Assembly: GCA_026393275.1 (NCBI GenBank)
Contig: JAPLAM010000045.1
Location: 74,795-138,794, forward strand
Direction: 5' to 3'
From: Arthrobacter sp.
GTDB taxonomy: Bacteria; Actinomycetota; Actinomycetes; Actinomycetales; Micrococcaceae
Length of the DNA: 64,000 nt
In this document: in pieces, positions 18,857-28,660 of the stretch
Layout: every line of letters begins with the position of its first letter
Position numbering within the stretch: position 1 is the stretch's first letter
Program-made: the position numbers and the translations under genes
Notes under the pieces: model-generated
Seen by the model: the letters and a program-made list of their open reading frames with translations, nothing else
Told to the model about the DNA's origin: nothing
Database searches by the model: none

Positions 18857-19276
18857 TCAGTGCTTGTCCTGGTCCACGTTGGTGGCCGGGCCGGCGGGTG
18901 TGGCGCCGCCTTCATCCGACCAGTCCCGGCCGACTTCGTCGTTCAAGGCCGGATCGGAGCCGACGTCGAACGGGGTGCCGGCTGCGGCAGGGGTCTTCAC
19001 CGGGGCGGCAGCGCCGGAGACGGCGCCGTCGTCCCGGTGGACGGCGGAACTGATGACGGTAGCCGCTCGGCGGGCGGCTTCGCCGAGCTGGCTGGATACG
19101 TCGGGGGCCTTTTCCTTGACCGCCTCCGTTGACGCCGCCACCTTGTCTTGGACCGGTTTGCTATCCCAAAGGCCGATTGCGCGGGTTTTGAGTTTTTCGT
19201 AGGCAGCCCGTCCGGAGCGGGATCCGAGAACGTAACCTGCCGCGAGGCCGGTGCCGAAAAGAAATTTGCCTTTCAT
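18857..19276 (-). CDS. YtxH-like small membrane-anchored protein
   Basis: 'MKGKFLFGTGLAAGYVLGSRSGRAAYE'; AGGAG SD. Confidence 0.8.
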   Translation of the reverse strand: MKGKFLFGTGLAAGYVLGSRSGRAAYEKLKTRAIGLWDSKPVQDKVAASTEAVKEKAPDVSSQLGEAARRAATVISSAVHRDDGAVSGAAAPVKTPAAAGTPFDVGSDPALNDEVGRDWSDEGGATPAGPATNVDQDKH

Positions 19277-19333
19277 GCTGTACTCCTGCTCTTGCTGCTC
19301 TGGAAGTTGTGCTGCGAAAGTTAGCCGGTTACC

Positions 19334-19371
19334 AAAAAAGCCGGCCCCGGGAAAGTCCCGGGGCCGGCTTT
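19334..19371 (-). terminator. Intrinsic terminator of the GlsB/YeaQ gene
   Basis: 16-bp perfect stem AAAGCCGGCCCCGGGA/TCCCGGGGCCGGCTTT, U6 tract on minus strand. Confidence 0.88.
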
Positions 19372-19385
19372 CGGCAGCTTCGGCT

Positions 19386-19649
19386 TTAGCGGGCCGTACG
19401 CTTGGTGATCATGCCGTAAACCAGCAGGACGATGATCGAACCGAGGATGGCCAGGAGCCACGTCGACAGCGAGAAGAAGTCGTTGATGCCGGTGCCGAAG
19501 AGCAATCCGCCAATCCAGCCGCCCAGGAAAGCTCCGACGACGCCGAGCAGCAGGGTGATCAGAATGCCACCGCCCTGACGTCCCGGCAGGATGGCCTTAG
19601 CAATTGCGCCGGCAATAAGACCCAGAATCAGAAATGCGAAAAAACCCAT
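19386..19649 (-). CDS. GlsB/YeaQ/YmgE family stress membrane protein
   Basis: 'ILGLIAGAIAKAILPG..GGG..ITLLLGVVGAFLGG'. Confidence 0.92.
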   Translation of the reverse strand: MGFFAFLILGLIAGAIAKAILPGRQGGGILITLLLGVVGAFLGGWIGGLLFGTGINDFFSLSTWLLAILGSIIVLLVYGMITKRTAR

Positions 19650-19718
19650 TGTTTTGGCCCTTCTCTTTCATTGAGGAGACACCCGGGTTGCCGGGTGCGC
19701 TTCATCCTTCTGCCTAAA

Positions 19719-19736
19719 TACTAATCATGCTTACTA
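19719..19736. promoter_or_regulatory. Imperfect 18-bp palindrome TACTAATCATGCTTACTA
   Basis: Two mismatches from perfect TAGTAAGCATGCTTACTA; 70 bp upstream of the GlsB/YeaQ gene. Confidence 0.55.
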
Positions 19737-19854
19737 TCAAAACGCCACTCGGCCGGCGGAAAAGTTGAGAAAATCCTATTGTTCACACGGAATTTCCCAC
19801 TGTTCCGTGGTTGGAATTTTTCGTGACGTAGCCGTCTCCGGGGCACAGGGAACC

Positions 19855-20826
19855 TCACCAGGCATAGTCCTCGGGGGCCGGCCGGTGGCCTGGAAAGATG
19901 GCGTCGAGGCGCTTGAGGGCTTCGGCGTCGAGCGCCACGCTGAGAGCCTGGAGGGCGGTGTCCAACTGCTCCTGAGTGCGCGGGCCGACAATGGGCGCCG
20001 TCACGGCAGGTTGATGCAGCAGCCAGGCCAGTGCCAGCACCCCGGGCTCCTGGCCGAGCTCATCCGCGAAGTCCTCATATCGGCGGATCTGGTTACGGTG
20101 CTTCGTCAGGGCTTCAAGGGACCGGCCTTCCGCCCGGCGGACGCCGGCTTCCTCTTTCTTGAGCACTCCGCCCAGCAGCCCGCCATTCAACGGGGACCAG
20201 GGCAGGAGCCCCAGGCCATAGTGCTGCGCGGCCGGGATCACCTCGAGTTCGGCGTTGCGGGTCAGCAGGTTGTAGATGGACTGCTCGCTGACCAGGCCGT
20301 TCGTGTGCCGGCGGGCCGCAGCTTCCTGCGCCAGGGCAAGGTGCCATCCGGCGAAGTTGCTGCTGCCCGAGTAGAGGATTTTGCCCTGCTGGACCGCCAC
20401 ATCAACGGCTTGCCAGATCTCCTCCCAGGGAGTGTCCCGGTCAACATGGTGGAACTGGTACAGGTCGATGTAGTCCGTGCCGAGGCGTTTGAGGCTGGCG
20501 TCGAGGGCGCGGCGGATGTTCAGGGCGGAAAGCCTGGAGTCGTTGGGCCGGTCCGACATGGTGCCGTACACCTTGGTGGCGAGCACCGTGCGTTCACGGC
20601 GCTCGCCGCCCTTGGCGAACCATCGGCCAACAATCTCCTCGGTCCAACCCCGTGCCTTGGACCCGCCATAGACGTTGGCCGTGTCAAAGAAATTGATGCC
20701 GGCGTCCAGGGCGGAATCCATGATCGCGTGGGCGGCCGGCTCCTCGGTCTGGGGCCCGAAGTTCATGGTGCCCAGGCAGAGACGGGAGACTTTGAGGCCG
20801 GAGCGGCCCAGCTGGCTGTACTGCAT
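19855..20826 (-). CDS. Aldo/keto reductase
   Basis: 'CLGTMNFG', 'FFDTANVYG', 'ATKV', 'YIDLYQFH', 'WSPL.GG.L'. Confidence 0.95.
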   Translation of the reverse strand: MQYSQLGRSGLKVSRLCLGTMNFGPQTEEPAAHAIMDSALDAGINFFDTANVYGGSKARGWTEEIVGRWFAKGGERRERTVLATKVYGTMSDRPNDSRLSALNIRRALDASLKRLGTDYIDLYQFHHVDRDTPWEEIWQAVDVAVQQGKILYSGSSNFAGWHLALAQEAAARRHTNGLVSEQSIYNLLTRNAELEVIPAAQHYGLGLLPWSPLNGGLLGGVLKKEEAGVRRAEGRSLEALTKHRNQIRRYEDFADELGQEPGVLALAWLLHQPAVTAPIVGPRTQEQLDTALQALSVALDAEALKRLDAIFPGHRPAPEDYAW

Positions 20827-20844
20827 TCGGGGACCTCCCGGACG

Positions 20845-21054
20845 TTAGCGCTCCAGCCGGAACCCGAGCTTGATCGTTACCTGCCAGTCGCTCACCTGGC
20901 CGTTCTCGAGGTGCCCGCGGATCTCCTTGACTTCGAACCAGTCCAGGTTCCGCAGCGTCTTCGCAGCCTCGGAGACTCCGTTGCGGACGGCGGCGTCCAC
21001 ACCTTCGTTCGAGGTCCCGACAATTTCGGAAATGCTGTAGGTGTGATTAGGCAA
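20845..21054 (-). CDS. Dodecin (flavin-binding)
   Basis: 'EIVGTS..GVDAAVRN...A.KTLRNLDWFEV.EIRG.......WQVTIKLGF.LE'. Confidence 0.95.
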   Translation of the reverse strand: MPNHTYSISEIVGTSNEGVDAAVRNGVSEAAKTLRNLDWFEVKEIRGHLENGQVSDWQVTIKLGFRLER

Positions 21055-21140
21055 CTTCGCTCCTCGTGATCGTTCGTGGGACCGCTCTGGTCTACGGCTG
21101 GGGGCCGTGCCGAAAGGTTAGCCGACAGTTTCCGGCCGGG

Positions 21141-21992
21141 CTAGGGGTGCGTCGCTTCGCCGGGTCCGCCGAAGACCGGGCCGGGCTCGGGGCGCTTCGC
21201 GGGAGGGGGCCCATCACCGCCGTGCGGCCGGACCCGCTGCACCATCCAGGGCAGCAGGTAATGCGTAGCCCAGGCCAGGTCGCCGGCCCGGGTCTCCCGC
21301 CAGTTGCCGGCCGGCAGTGGTTTGGGTTGCAGCGGTTGCAGGGTGTGCGGGACGTTCAGCGTGTCCAGCACCATGCTGGCGATTGTGTGGTGGCCGAGCG
21401 GGGAGAAGTGCAGGCGGTCCGGATCCCACATCCGGGGGTCGCGTAGTTGCCGGAGCGTCCACAAGTCGGCGATCACGCCGTGGTGCCGGACGGCGATGGT
21501 CCGGATGTTCTCGTTGAAGACAGCCACCTTGCCACGGATATGGCCGAAGATCGGGGTGTCGCCCCAGTCCGGCCCGGTGAACAGCACGACAGTCGCGCCG
21601 GTGGCGGAGAGCGCCGCCACCGCTTCATCCAGGCTCACCGCCAGACGGTCCGGATCGCGCCGGTGAAAGACCAGGTCATTGCCGCCGGCGGAGAGCGTGA
21701 CGAGGTCCGGTTTCAGGGCGATCGCCGGGCCGAGCTGCTGGTCCACGATCTGCTGCAGCACCAGGCCGCTGATCGCCAGGTTGGCGTAGGAAAAATCCCT
21801 GCGGGAGGCGTTGAATTCCTCGGCAATCCGGTCCGCCCAGCCCCTCATGCCGCCCGGGTTCATGGGCTCGGGATCGCCGAGGCCGGCCGTGAACGAGTCT
21901 CCCAGGGCGACGTAGCGTTTCCAGGGCCCGGGACCGGTTGCGGGGGCGCCGTTGCGGGCGCTCGCCGGGTTGATAAAGCTGGCCGCGTTCAC
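21141..21992 (-). CDS. SGNH/GDSL hydrolase
   Basis: GDSF block I, GGND block III, DRLH block V; no signal peptide seen. Confidence 0.92.
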   Translation of the reverse strand: MNAASFINPASARNGAPATGPGPWKRYVALGDSFTAGLGDPEPMNPGGMRGWADRIAEEFNASRRDFSYANLAISGLVLQQIVDQQLGPAIALKPDLVTLSAGGNDLVFHRRDPDRLAVSLDEAVAALSATGATVVLFTGPDWGDTPIFGHIRGKVAVFNENIRTIAVRHHGVIADLWTLRQLRDPRMWDPDRLHFSPLGHHTIASMVLDTLNVPHTLQPLQPKPLPAGNWRETRAGDLAWATHYLLPWMVQRVRPHGGDGPPPAKRPEPGPVFGGPGEATHP

Positions 21993-22136
21993 CTCCCCAG
22001 CAATACGCCGGAAAGGCCGACGCCGCTAGGTCCTTTTGTCCCCTTATCTAACGAGATCCGGGTCTTGCCATCCCACGGGGTGGGCCGACAATGGAGGAAA
22101 GCGACCGTTGAGCCGGCCGCCACGGTAAGGAACGCG

Positions 22137-23468
22137 ATGCAGCAGACCGCAGGCGCCGAAGCAGCAGCTGCGCCCGAGCGCGACCTGGTGATAGACCTCG
22201 CCCGGTTCTTCTGCCTCGCGCTGGTCGTGGTCGGGCACACGCTGATGGTGAGCCCGGTACTGCACCCGGACGGCACCGTGAGCTCCGAAAACACGCTGGG
22301 GGAGCAGCGCTGGTTCGAGCCGGTGGTCTGGGTGCTGCAGGTGATGCCCCTGTTTTTCGTCGCCGGCGGCGTGACCGGCCTGTATTCCTGGCACCGGCTG
22401 CGGGCTGCCGGCGGCGATGCCGTCGAATTCGTCCAGGGCCGGTTGTTGCGGTTGATCCGCCCGGCCGCAGTCCTACTGGCCGCCATGTTCACCGGCCTGT
22501 GGGCGGCGCGGCTCAGCGGTGTGGACCCGCAGGTGATCCAGCTGCTGGCCAGCGGCGCGGGCATGCCGCTGTGGTTCCTGGCTGCTTACCTCGCGGCGCA
22601 GCTGAATCTCCCGTGGCTGGCCGCGCTTCACGCCCGTGCGCCCTGGCCGACTCTGGCGGCCCTCGTCTCGCTGGTCGTGGCGGTGGACTGCCTCCGCGGA
22701 GCGCTGCCGGGACTGGCCTACGCCAACATGGTCTTCCTGTGGTGCGCAGTGCAGGAGCTTGGCTTCTTCGTGGCCGACGGCAGGCTGCAGGGACTCAGGC
22801 TGTCCGGACTGCTAGGCCTGGTGGCGGCGAGCAACCTACTGCTCGGTCTGCTTGTGGTGCTGCGGCTGTATTCCGGCAACATGCTCGTCAACCTCAACCC
22901 GCCGACCCTGCCGCTGTTCCTCCTGGCCGTCTCCCAGGCCGCGGCGCTGCAGCTTCTGCGGCCCCCGCTGGTCCGGCTGGCGGTCCACGCCCCGGTCCGC
23001 AGGCTGCTGGCCGGGGCGGGACGGCACTCCCTGACCGTCTACCTCTGGCACCTGCCGCTGCTCGCGGCCATGTCCGGCCTGCTGCTGCTCACCGGTCTTC
23101 CGCAGCCCGCCGGGGGAACTGCCGCCTGGTGGTGGACCCGGCCGCTGGTGCTGCTGGCCGTCGTCGCCCTGTTGCTGCCGGTGCTGGCCGTGTTCGGGCG
23201 GTTGGAACAGCGGCCGACGTCGCCGGGCCACTCGCGCGCGCGGCCGGCGGCCGCCGTGGTGACGGCCGCCGCCGTCGTCTTCATCCCGGTAGCCGACGCG
23301 GCCCTCCACGGGCTTACGCAGGGGCTGCTCGGCGGCGGGACTGCTTGCTTCGCGCTGGCCGTGCTGCTGCTGGGCCGAGTCCCGGTCCGGGGTGCCGGCC
23401 GCGTCGGTCCGGGCGGATCCGGACTGCCATTGCCACACCCGCCGTTAAGTGCCAATGTCGAACCATGA
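22137..23468 (+). CDS. Acyltransferase family 3 (multi-TM)
   Basis: 'RDLVIDLAR..CLALVVVGH', 'QVMPLFF..GG', 'PLWFLAAY', 'SLTVYLWH'. Confidence 0.88.
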   Translation: MQQTAGAEAAAAPERDLVIDLARFFCLALVVVGHTLMVSPVLHPDGTVSSENTLGEQRWFEPVVWVLQVMPLFFVAGGVTGLYSWHRLRAAGGDAVEFVQGRLLRLIRPAAVLLAAMFTGLWAARLSGVDPQVIQLLASGAGMPLWFLAAYLAAQLNLPWLAALHARAPWPTLAALVSLVVAVDCLRGALPGLAYANMVFLWCAVQELGFFVADGRLQGLRLSGLLGLVAASNLLLGLLVVLRLYSGNMLVNLNPPTLPLFLLAVSQAAALQLLRPPLVRLAVHAPVRRLLAGAGRHSLTVYLWHLPLLAAMSGLLLLTGLPQPAGGTAAWWWTRPLVLLAVVALLLPVLAVFGRLEQRPTSPGHSRARPAAAVVTAAAVVFIPVADAALHGLTQGLLGGGTACFALAVLLLGRVPVRGAGRVGPGGSGLPLPHPPLSANVEP

Positions 23469-23809
23469 CGGAGAACTCGGTAGACACTGAAGATACGTTC
23501 GCAACGGACGTCTCCACCACCCGCAATGATGCCCTGCACCGTTACGAGCTGCATGTTGGCGGTGAACTCGCGGTCCAGGTCCGCTACATCGACCGGCCGG
23601 GCCACGTGGACTTCATCCACACCGAGACCGCTGAAAAGTTCAAGGGAAAGGGGCTGGCCGGGGTGCTTGTGCACTTCGCCCTCGACGACGTGGTGGCCTC
23701 GGGGAAGCGGATCATCCCGGACTGCCCCTACGTCTACCGCTACCTGCGCAAACATGACGCCTACAACCAGTGCATCGACTGGCCGGAGCAAGAGCCCGCA
23801 GGGGCCTAA
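23465..23809 (+). CDS. GNAT-family N-acetyltransferase (YjdJ-like)
   Basis: 'FIHTET...FKGKGLAG', 'IPDCPYV'; ATGA overlap with the acyltransferase stop. Confidence 0.9.
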   Translation: MTENSVDTEDTFATDVSTTRNDALHRYELHVGGELAVQVRYIDRPGHVDFIHTETAEKFKGKGLAGVLVHFALDDVVASGKRIIPDCPYVYRYLRKHDAYNQCIDWPEQEPAGA

Positions 23810-23892
23810 ACGCTTGTGAGCCATAAGACAATTCCGTATGGTTGAGCTTGAGTTATGCAGTTGGCTCAAGGACCAGTCTTTGGAGTACCCCC

Positions 23893-24564
23893 ATGAACCA
23901 CAAACTGCGTGTGCTTGTCCGTGTGGAAGTCGATCCCGGACACGTGACTCTCGAAGTCGCCGGCTGCCTCACACAGGCAAATTACCCCGCCCTGCTGCAC
24001 ATCATGCGGCGCGCCAGCCGGCTTGCCGCCGGCTCGGATGTCAGCATCGACCTGCATGCCGCCTCCCACCTTGACCCGGAAATCCTGCTTTACCTGCGGC
24101 AGCTTGCGGCAGCCCAGGCCGAGGGCTTCCGGCTGCTCCTCCAGGAACCGGCCGAGCTGCCGATCTGCCTGCTTCACGTGGGGTCCGACGGTGAGGTCCT
24201 CGCCGGCCTGGACGGGGACCTCCCGGGCGCCGTCAACGGCCGGCTGATGGCCGAGCTTGACCGGCTCGACGGCCCTCAGGGCGCGGGGGTCGGCCCGGCG
24301 CCGGACGGTTCGGACCTCATTGAGGGCCTGGAGCTCGCCGACTACTTCGAGGGCACGATGGACCCTGCCGCCACCGTGCAGGCGCTGTCCGACGTTGCCC
24401 TGGGGCAACTGGCCGACGCCCTCTACCGCCACCTCGACACCCCCAACCCCTCTTTCGGAGCCCACACCTGGTACGAGCTGGCGGCCGAAGAGCTGCAGCA
24501 ACGCTACCGGGCTGTCGCAGGCCCGGCGGAAGACGAGCTTGCCACGCCTCCGGCCCTGGCCTGA
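23893..24564 (+). CDS. Hypothetical protein with N-terminal STAS-like segment
   Basis: 'VTLEVAGCLT...VSIDLHAASHLDPE' resembles STAS beta-alpha pattern; GGAG SD. Confidence 0.55.
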   Translation: MNHKLRVLVRVEVDPGHVTLEVAGCLTQANYPALLHIMRRASRLAAGSDVSIDLHAASHLDPEILLYLRQLAAAQAEGFRLLLQEPAELPICLLHVGSDGEVLAGLDGDLPGAVNGRLMAELDRLDGPQGAGVGPAPDGSDLIEGLELADYFEGTMDPAATVQALSDVALGQLADALYRHLDTPNPSFGAHTWYELAAEELQQRYRAVAGPAEDELATPPALA

Positions 24565-24597
24565 GACCCCGGCGGGCAGCGACGTTAGGCTGTGGCT

Positions 24598-25386
24598 ATG
24601 AACATGCCCGCCGAAGGACCAGCCACCACGGCCACCACTGCCCTGATCACCGGCGCCACGGCGGGGCTCGGTGCCGAGTTCGCCCGCCAGCTCGCCGAAC
24701 AAGGACACAACGTGGTCCTGGTGGCCCGCGACACTGCACGCCTGCAGGCCAGCGCGGCCGAGCTGGAGAACCGCTACGGTGTCCAGGCCGAGGTGCTCGC
24801 CGCCGACCTGACCGACGACGCCGGCGTGGCCGCCGTCGTCGAACGCCTCAGCGATCCGGCGCGGCCCGTGGAGATCCTGGTGAACAATGCCGGCATTGGG
24901 CTGTTGCGCTCCTTCGCGGACAATGACATCGCCGAGGAAAAGCGGCACCTCAAGCTGCACGTCGAGACGGGGATGGAACTGGCCCACGCCGCGCTGCAGG
25001 GGATGCTGCAACGGCACTCCGGGCGGGTCATCAATGTTGCGTCCGTGGCGGCGTACCTGCCGCGCGGGACGTATTCCGCCGCAAAGGCATGGCTGCTCAG
25101 CTTCAGCCGCTGGGCGAACCTCGCCTACGCCGGCGGCGGGGTGAAGGTGACGGCCGTGTGCCCGGGTTTGACGCACACCGAATTCCACGACCGCATGGGC
25201 ATGGACAAGGGCGTGGCTCCGGCCTGGATGTGGCTGAGGGCCGAACAGGTGGTACGCGAGGGTCTGGCTGACAACGAAAAGGGCAGGGCCGTCTCGATTC
25301 CGAGCAAACGCTACAAGATCTTCATGGCGGCGGCGCGCGTGCTTCCCTACCGGTTCGTTGCGGGGCCGCCGCGGCGCCCGAAGTAG
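24598..25386 (+). CDS. Short-chain dehydrogenase/reductase
   Basis: TGATAGLG, NNAG, YSAAK; leaderless TAGGCT-N6-ATG. Confidence 0.93.
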   Translation: MNMPAEGPATTATTALITGATAGLGAEFARQLAEQGHNVVLVARDTARLQASAAELENRYGVQAEVLAADLTDDAGVAAVVERLSDPARPVEILVNNAGIGLLRSFADNDIAEEKRHLKLHVETGMELAHAALQGMLQRHSGRVINVASVAAYLPRGTYSAAKAWLLSFSRWANLAYAGGGVKVTAVCPGLTHTEFHDRMGMDKGVAPAWMWLRAEQVVREGLADNEKGRAVSIPSKRYKIFMAAARVLPYRFVAGPPRRPK

Positions 25387-25397
25387 GCGGCGGCAGA

Positions 25398-26468
25398 TTA
25401 CGTGCCGGTGGACTTTCGGGGGCGCGGCCGGCGGCGCCGAATCAGGACCACGACGGCGATGCCGGTGCAGGCGCCGATCAGGGTCTCCACCGCCCGCTCC
25501 GTCACAAGAACCCGAGGATCGGCTGGGAAGGCCAGTTGCGTCATCAGCAGGATGACGGGCGTGAAGGACACCATCGCGAGCCCGTAGTGCCGGGTCATGA
25601 AGAGCTCGGTGGTGAATTGCAGGACGATCACCAGGACCGCCAGGACGGCTGTCTCGTGGCCGGGCGAGACCCGCAGCGGCGACCACGCCCACGGAAAGAG
25701 AACGACGGCGACCACCATCAGGCCCAGCAGGGTGCCGATGATGCGGTGCAACCCGCGGTAGACGCTGCTGGGCAGGTCAGCCCCCGCAAGGGGAACGGCT
25801 GCAGCGGCCATCGCCCAGTGCGGGTGCCCGCTGCCGCTGACCACCCCAATGCTGCCTGCCGTTGCAACTGCGGCGAGATACCGCGCCGCATGGATCCAGG
25901 CTGCGCGGCGGCGTATCCCTAACAGGGGCGGCACTTCGCGTTCTGCCCCGCGCTCCCAGACTCGGCCGCGGATCCACCCGCCAAAGCCGACCGCCATGGA
26001 GAAAGCCGCGGCCGCCGCGCCGATCAGCAGGGCGACGTGCCACGGAACCGCGGTGGGGATGGAGGCACAGGCACCCAGCGCCAGGATCCCGAAGAAGGGG
26101 CCGTTCGGCTTCAACCCGACCTTGTCAGCGAAGAGGGATCCAGCGGCAGCCAGGACCGACTCCACCGCTACGAGCGCCCAGGAATGGACGTGGTTTACCG
26201 AGAGCAGGACGCCCACGCCCAGCCCGCCGACCAGCACCAACGCCGCCTGGAGCTGGTGCCTTAGCCTGAGCTGGTGGGGTTCGGAACGGCCGTACATGCC
26301 GGTGAGGGCGCCGAAGACGGCGTAGATGATGAGGTCCGGCCGCCCGGCGGCGAGCAGCACCAGCGAAGGCACAGCCACGCTGACGGCGACGCGCAGCGCG
26401 GAGACATGGTCGCGGTTCGCCGGGCCAAGGCGGTGCAGCAGACGGAAGTGCCGTAGCAGCGACTGAAC
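25398..26468 (-). CDS. FUSC-family membrane protein (start uncertain)
   Basis: Repeated TM blocks, 'HRIIGTLLG', 'ERAVETLIG'; GGAGG SD sits before a GTT codon. Confidence 0.8.
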   Translation of the reverse strand, partial: VQSLLRHFRLLHRLGPANRDHVSALRVAVSVAVPSLVLLAAGRPDLIIYAVFGALTGMYGRSEPHQLRLRHQLQAALVLVGGLGVGVLLSVNHVHSWALVAVESVLAAAGSLFADKVGLKPNGPFFGILALGACASIPTAVPWHVALLIGAAAAAFSMAVGFGGWIRGRVWERGAEREVPPLLGIRRRAAWIHAARYLAAVATAGSIGVVSGSGHPHWAMAAAAVPLAGADLPSSVYRGLHRIIGTLLGLMVVAVVLFPWAWSPLRVSPGHETAVLAVLVIVLQFTTELFMTRHYGLAMVSFTPVILLMTQLAFPADPRVLVTERAVETLIGACTGIAVVVLIRRRRPRPRKSTGT

Positions 26469-26658
26469 GGAGACCTCCAGGAGGTTCGGAAAAGGGTGCG
26501 GGTAAGGGGCAGGCAACGGTGGTGGGCCCGGCAGTGCGGGGCCGGAAGCTGGCGGGCCCGCCAAAGGCCCGCCCCGCGTGCTTCCCTCCTCGGGAAAGGC
26601 GCGCGCGACGGGCCTACACGGGCGGGGCGCTGGAGTTGCGTTCCTGGCTGGCCTGGGA

Positions 26659-28248
26659 CTAGACCCGGGCCGGAACCTTGCCGGCGTCGCCGTCGTTGCT
26701 TTCAACCGCGGTGAGCGGCATGTCCATGTGCTCGAGGTCGATGAGCGGGTTCTCGTCCTGCGTCGCGACCAGTTCGCGGGCCTCGGCCTGGGTGTCCACG
26801 CTGGGCATCGAGCCGGGCAGCGGCATCTGGGCCGACTCCTTGAGGAAGTAGATCGCCACGGCGCCGATCGCCGAGGTGGCCATCAGGTAGTAGGCCGGCA
26901 TCATGTCGTTGCCGGTGGCGTTGATCAGGGCGGCAACGATGAACGGGGTGGTGCCGCCGAAGATGGCCACCGAGAAGTTGTACGCGATACCCATGGCGCC
27001 GTAACGGCTGGCCGTCGGGAACTGGGCCGGCAGTGCCGACGCCAGGTTGGCCACGTAGAACGTCACCGGGAAGGCGATCAGGGCGAGGCCGGCCAACGTG
27101 GACCAGATCTCGCCGACGCCGATCAGGAGGAACGCGGGGGTGGCCAGGACCACGGTGCTGATGGCACCGATCCACAGCACGGGGCGGCGGCCGATCCGGT
27201 CGGAGAGCTTGCCGGTCAGCGGGATGCAGAGGCTCATGATGACCAGCACGGGGATGGTCAGCAGGGTGCCGTGCACCTCGTCGTAGCCCTTGGACTCGGT
27301 AAGGTAGGTCGGCATGTACGACGTCAGGGCGTAGCCGGCGGTGTTGGCTGCGGCTACCAGGATCATGGCGACGATGATGGAGCGCCAGTAGGCCTTCACG
27401 ATGCCCACCGGGCCCTTGGACGCGGCCGTGTCACCGGCGGTGGCATCCTTGGCGAGGTTTTCCTGAGCATCCAGGGTGGCCTGGAACTGGGGGGATTCCT
27501 CGATCTTGCTCCGGAAGTAGACGGCAATCAGGCCCAGCGGACCGGCCAGGAGGAACGGAATGCGCCAACCCCACTGCTCCATGGTGTCCTGGCCGAGGGT
27601 CAGCTGCAGCACGGACACAAGGGCGGCGCCGGCGGCAAAACCGAGGTAGCTGCCCATGTCCAGGAAGCTGGCGAAGAATCCGCGCCGCTTGTCCGGGGCG
27701 TACTCGCTCACGAAGGTTGTGGCGCCGGCGTACTCGCCGCCGGTGGAGAAGCCCTGGACCACCTTGAACAGGACCAGCAGGACGGCAGCCCAGATGCCGA
27801 TCTGGGCGTACCCCGGCAGGAGGCCGACGGCGAAGGTGCTGGCCGCCATGATCATGAGTGTCGCGGCGAGGACCTTCTGGCGGCCGATCTTGTCGCCAAG
27901 CCAGCCGAACACGACTCCGCCGAGGGGGCGGGCGATGAAGGTGGCGGCGAAGGTGCCGAGCAGGAAGAGGGTCTGGACGGACTTGTCCGCCTCGGGCAGG
28001 AACACCGGACCCATGGTGGTGATCAGGTAGCCGAACACGCCGACGTCGTACCATTCCATGGTGTTACCCACGATGGTGCCGCCGAGTGCTTTCTTAAGCA
28101 TCGGCTGGTCGACAACGTTGACGTCGGACTCGCGGAGTCGACGGCGACGCAGCTTCGGTTTCTTGGCACCCTTGGGTGCAACTTGGTTGGTTCCGCTGGC
28201 GTTCAATACGCCTGCTGAAGAGTCGGTCGTGCTTCGGTCTTTGGGCAT
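26659..28248 (-). CDS. proP: MFS proline/glycine betaine transporter (MHS family)
   Basis: 'GNTMEWYD.G', 'QGFSTGGEYAGA', 'LSDRIGRR', 'PGSMPSV'. Confidence 0.88.
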   Translation of the reverse strand: MPKDRSTTDSSAGVLNASGTNQVAPKGAKKPKLRRRRLRESDVNVVDQPMLKKALGGTIVGNTMEWYDVGVFGYLITTMGPVFLPEADKSVQTLFLLGTFAATFIARPLGGVVFGWLGDKIGRQKVLAATLMIMAASTFAVGLLPGYAQIGIWAAVLLVLFKVVQGFSTGGEYAGATTFVSEYAPDKRRGFFASFLDMGSYLGFAAGAALVSVLQLTLGQDTMEQWGWRIPFLLAGPLGLIAVYFRSKIEESPQFQATLDAQENLAKDATAGDTAASKGPVGIVKAYWRSIIVAMILVAAANTAGYALTSYMPTYLTESKGYDEVHGTLLTIPVLVIMSLCIPLTGKLSDRIGRRPVLWIGAISTVVLATPAFLLIGVGEIWSTLAGLALIAFPVTFYVANLASALPAQFPTASRYGAMGIAYNFSVAIFGGTTPFIVAALINATGNDMMPAYYLMATSAIGAVAIYFLKESAQMPLPGSMPSVDTQAEARELVATQDENPLIDLEHMDMPLTAVESNDGDAGKVPARV

Positions 28249-28660
28249 TTGGGCCGCTCCTAGGGAGGTCATTTGCTTGCGACTTGTAGCTGCCCCGCTC
28301 CGGGCAGGCTTTCAATTTTACGTGGTTTCTGTGGATTTTCCGATTTCGGTGCCGTATGATGCCGGGATTTTTGGCCCAATCGGCCTTCAATCGCAGAGTT
28401 CTTTTCCCCGCTTTCACCGCCCGGCTGCTGGGAACGGGAGGCATTCGTGCCGAACGCGCCAAAGTTTTTCCGCCGACGTCGTCCGGCGGCCGGTTTTACG
28501 CCCGGATCGCTGCCCTGGGAGCTTCCGAGGGGCACGTCGCGGGGGCCCGTCGCGGAACGTCGGAACGAGGGTGTTCAAGGGGATCCGATCCCGCATAAAG
28601 TGGAGCCACCCGGGTGCCGGGACCAGGCCGGCCGGCCAGGCCATACGAGGAGAGCGTTCC

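Noticed and set aside
28249-28660. Riboswitch in the lower-GC region upstream of proP
   Set aside because: No recognisable aptamer core or convincing terminator seen by eye; a cmscan run would be needed.
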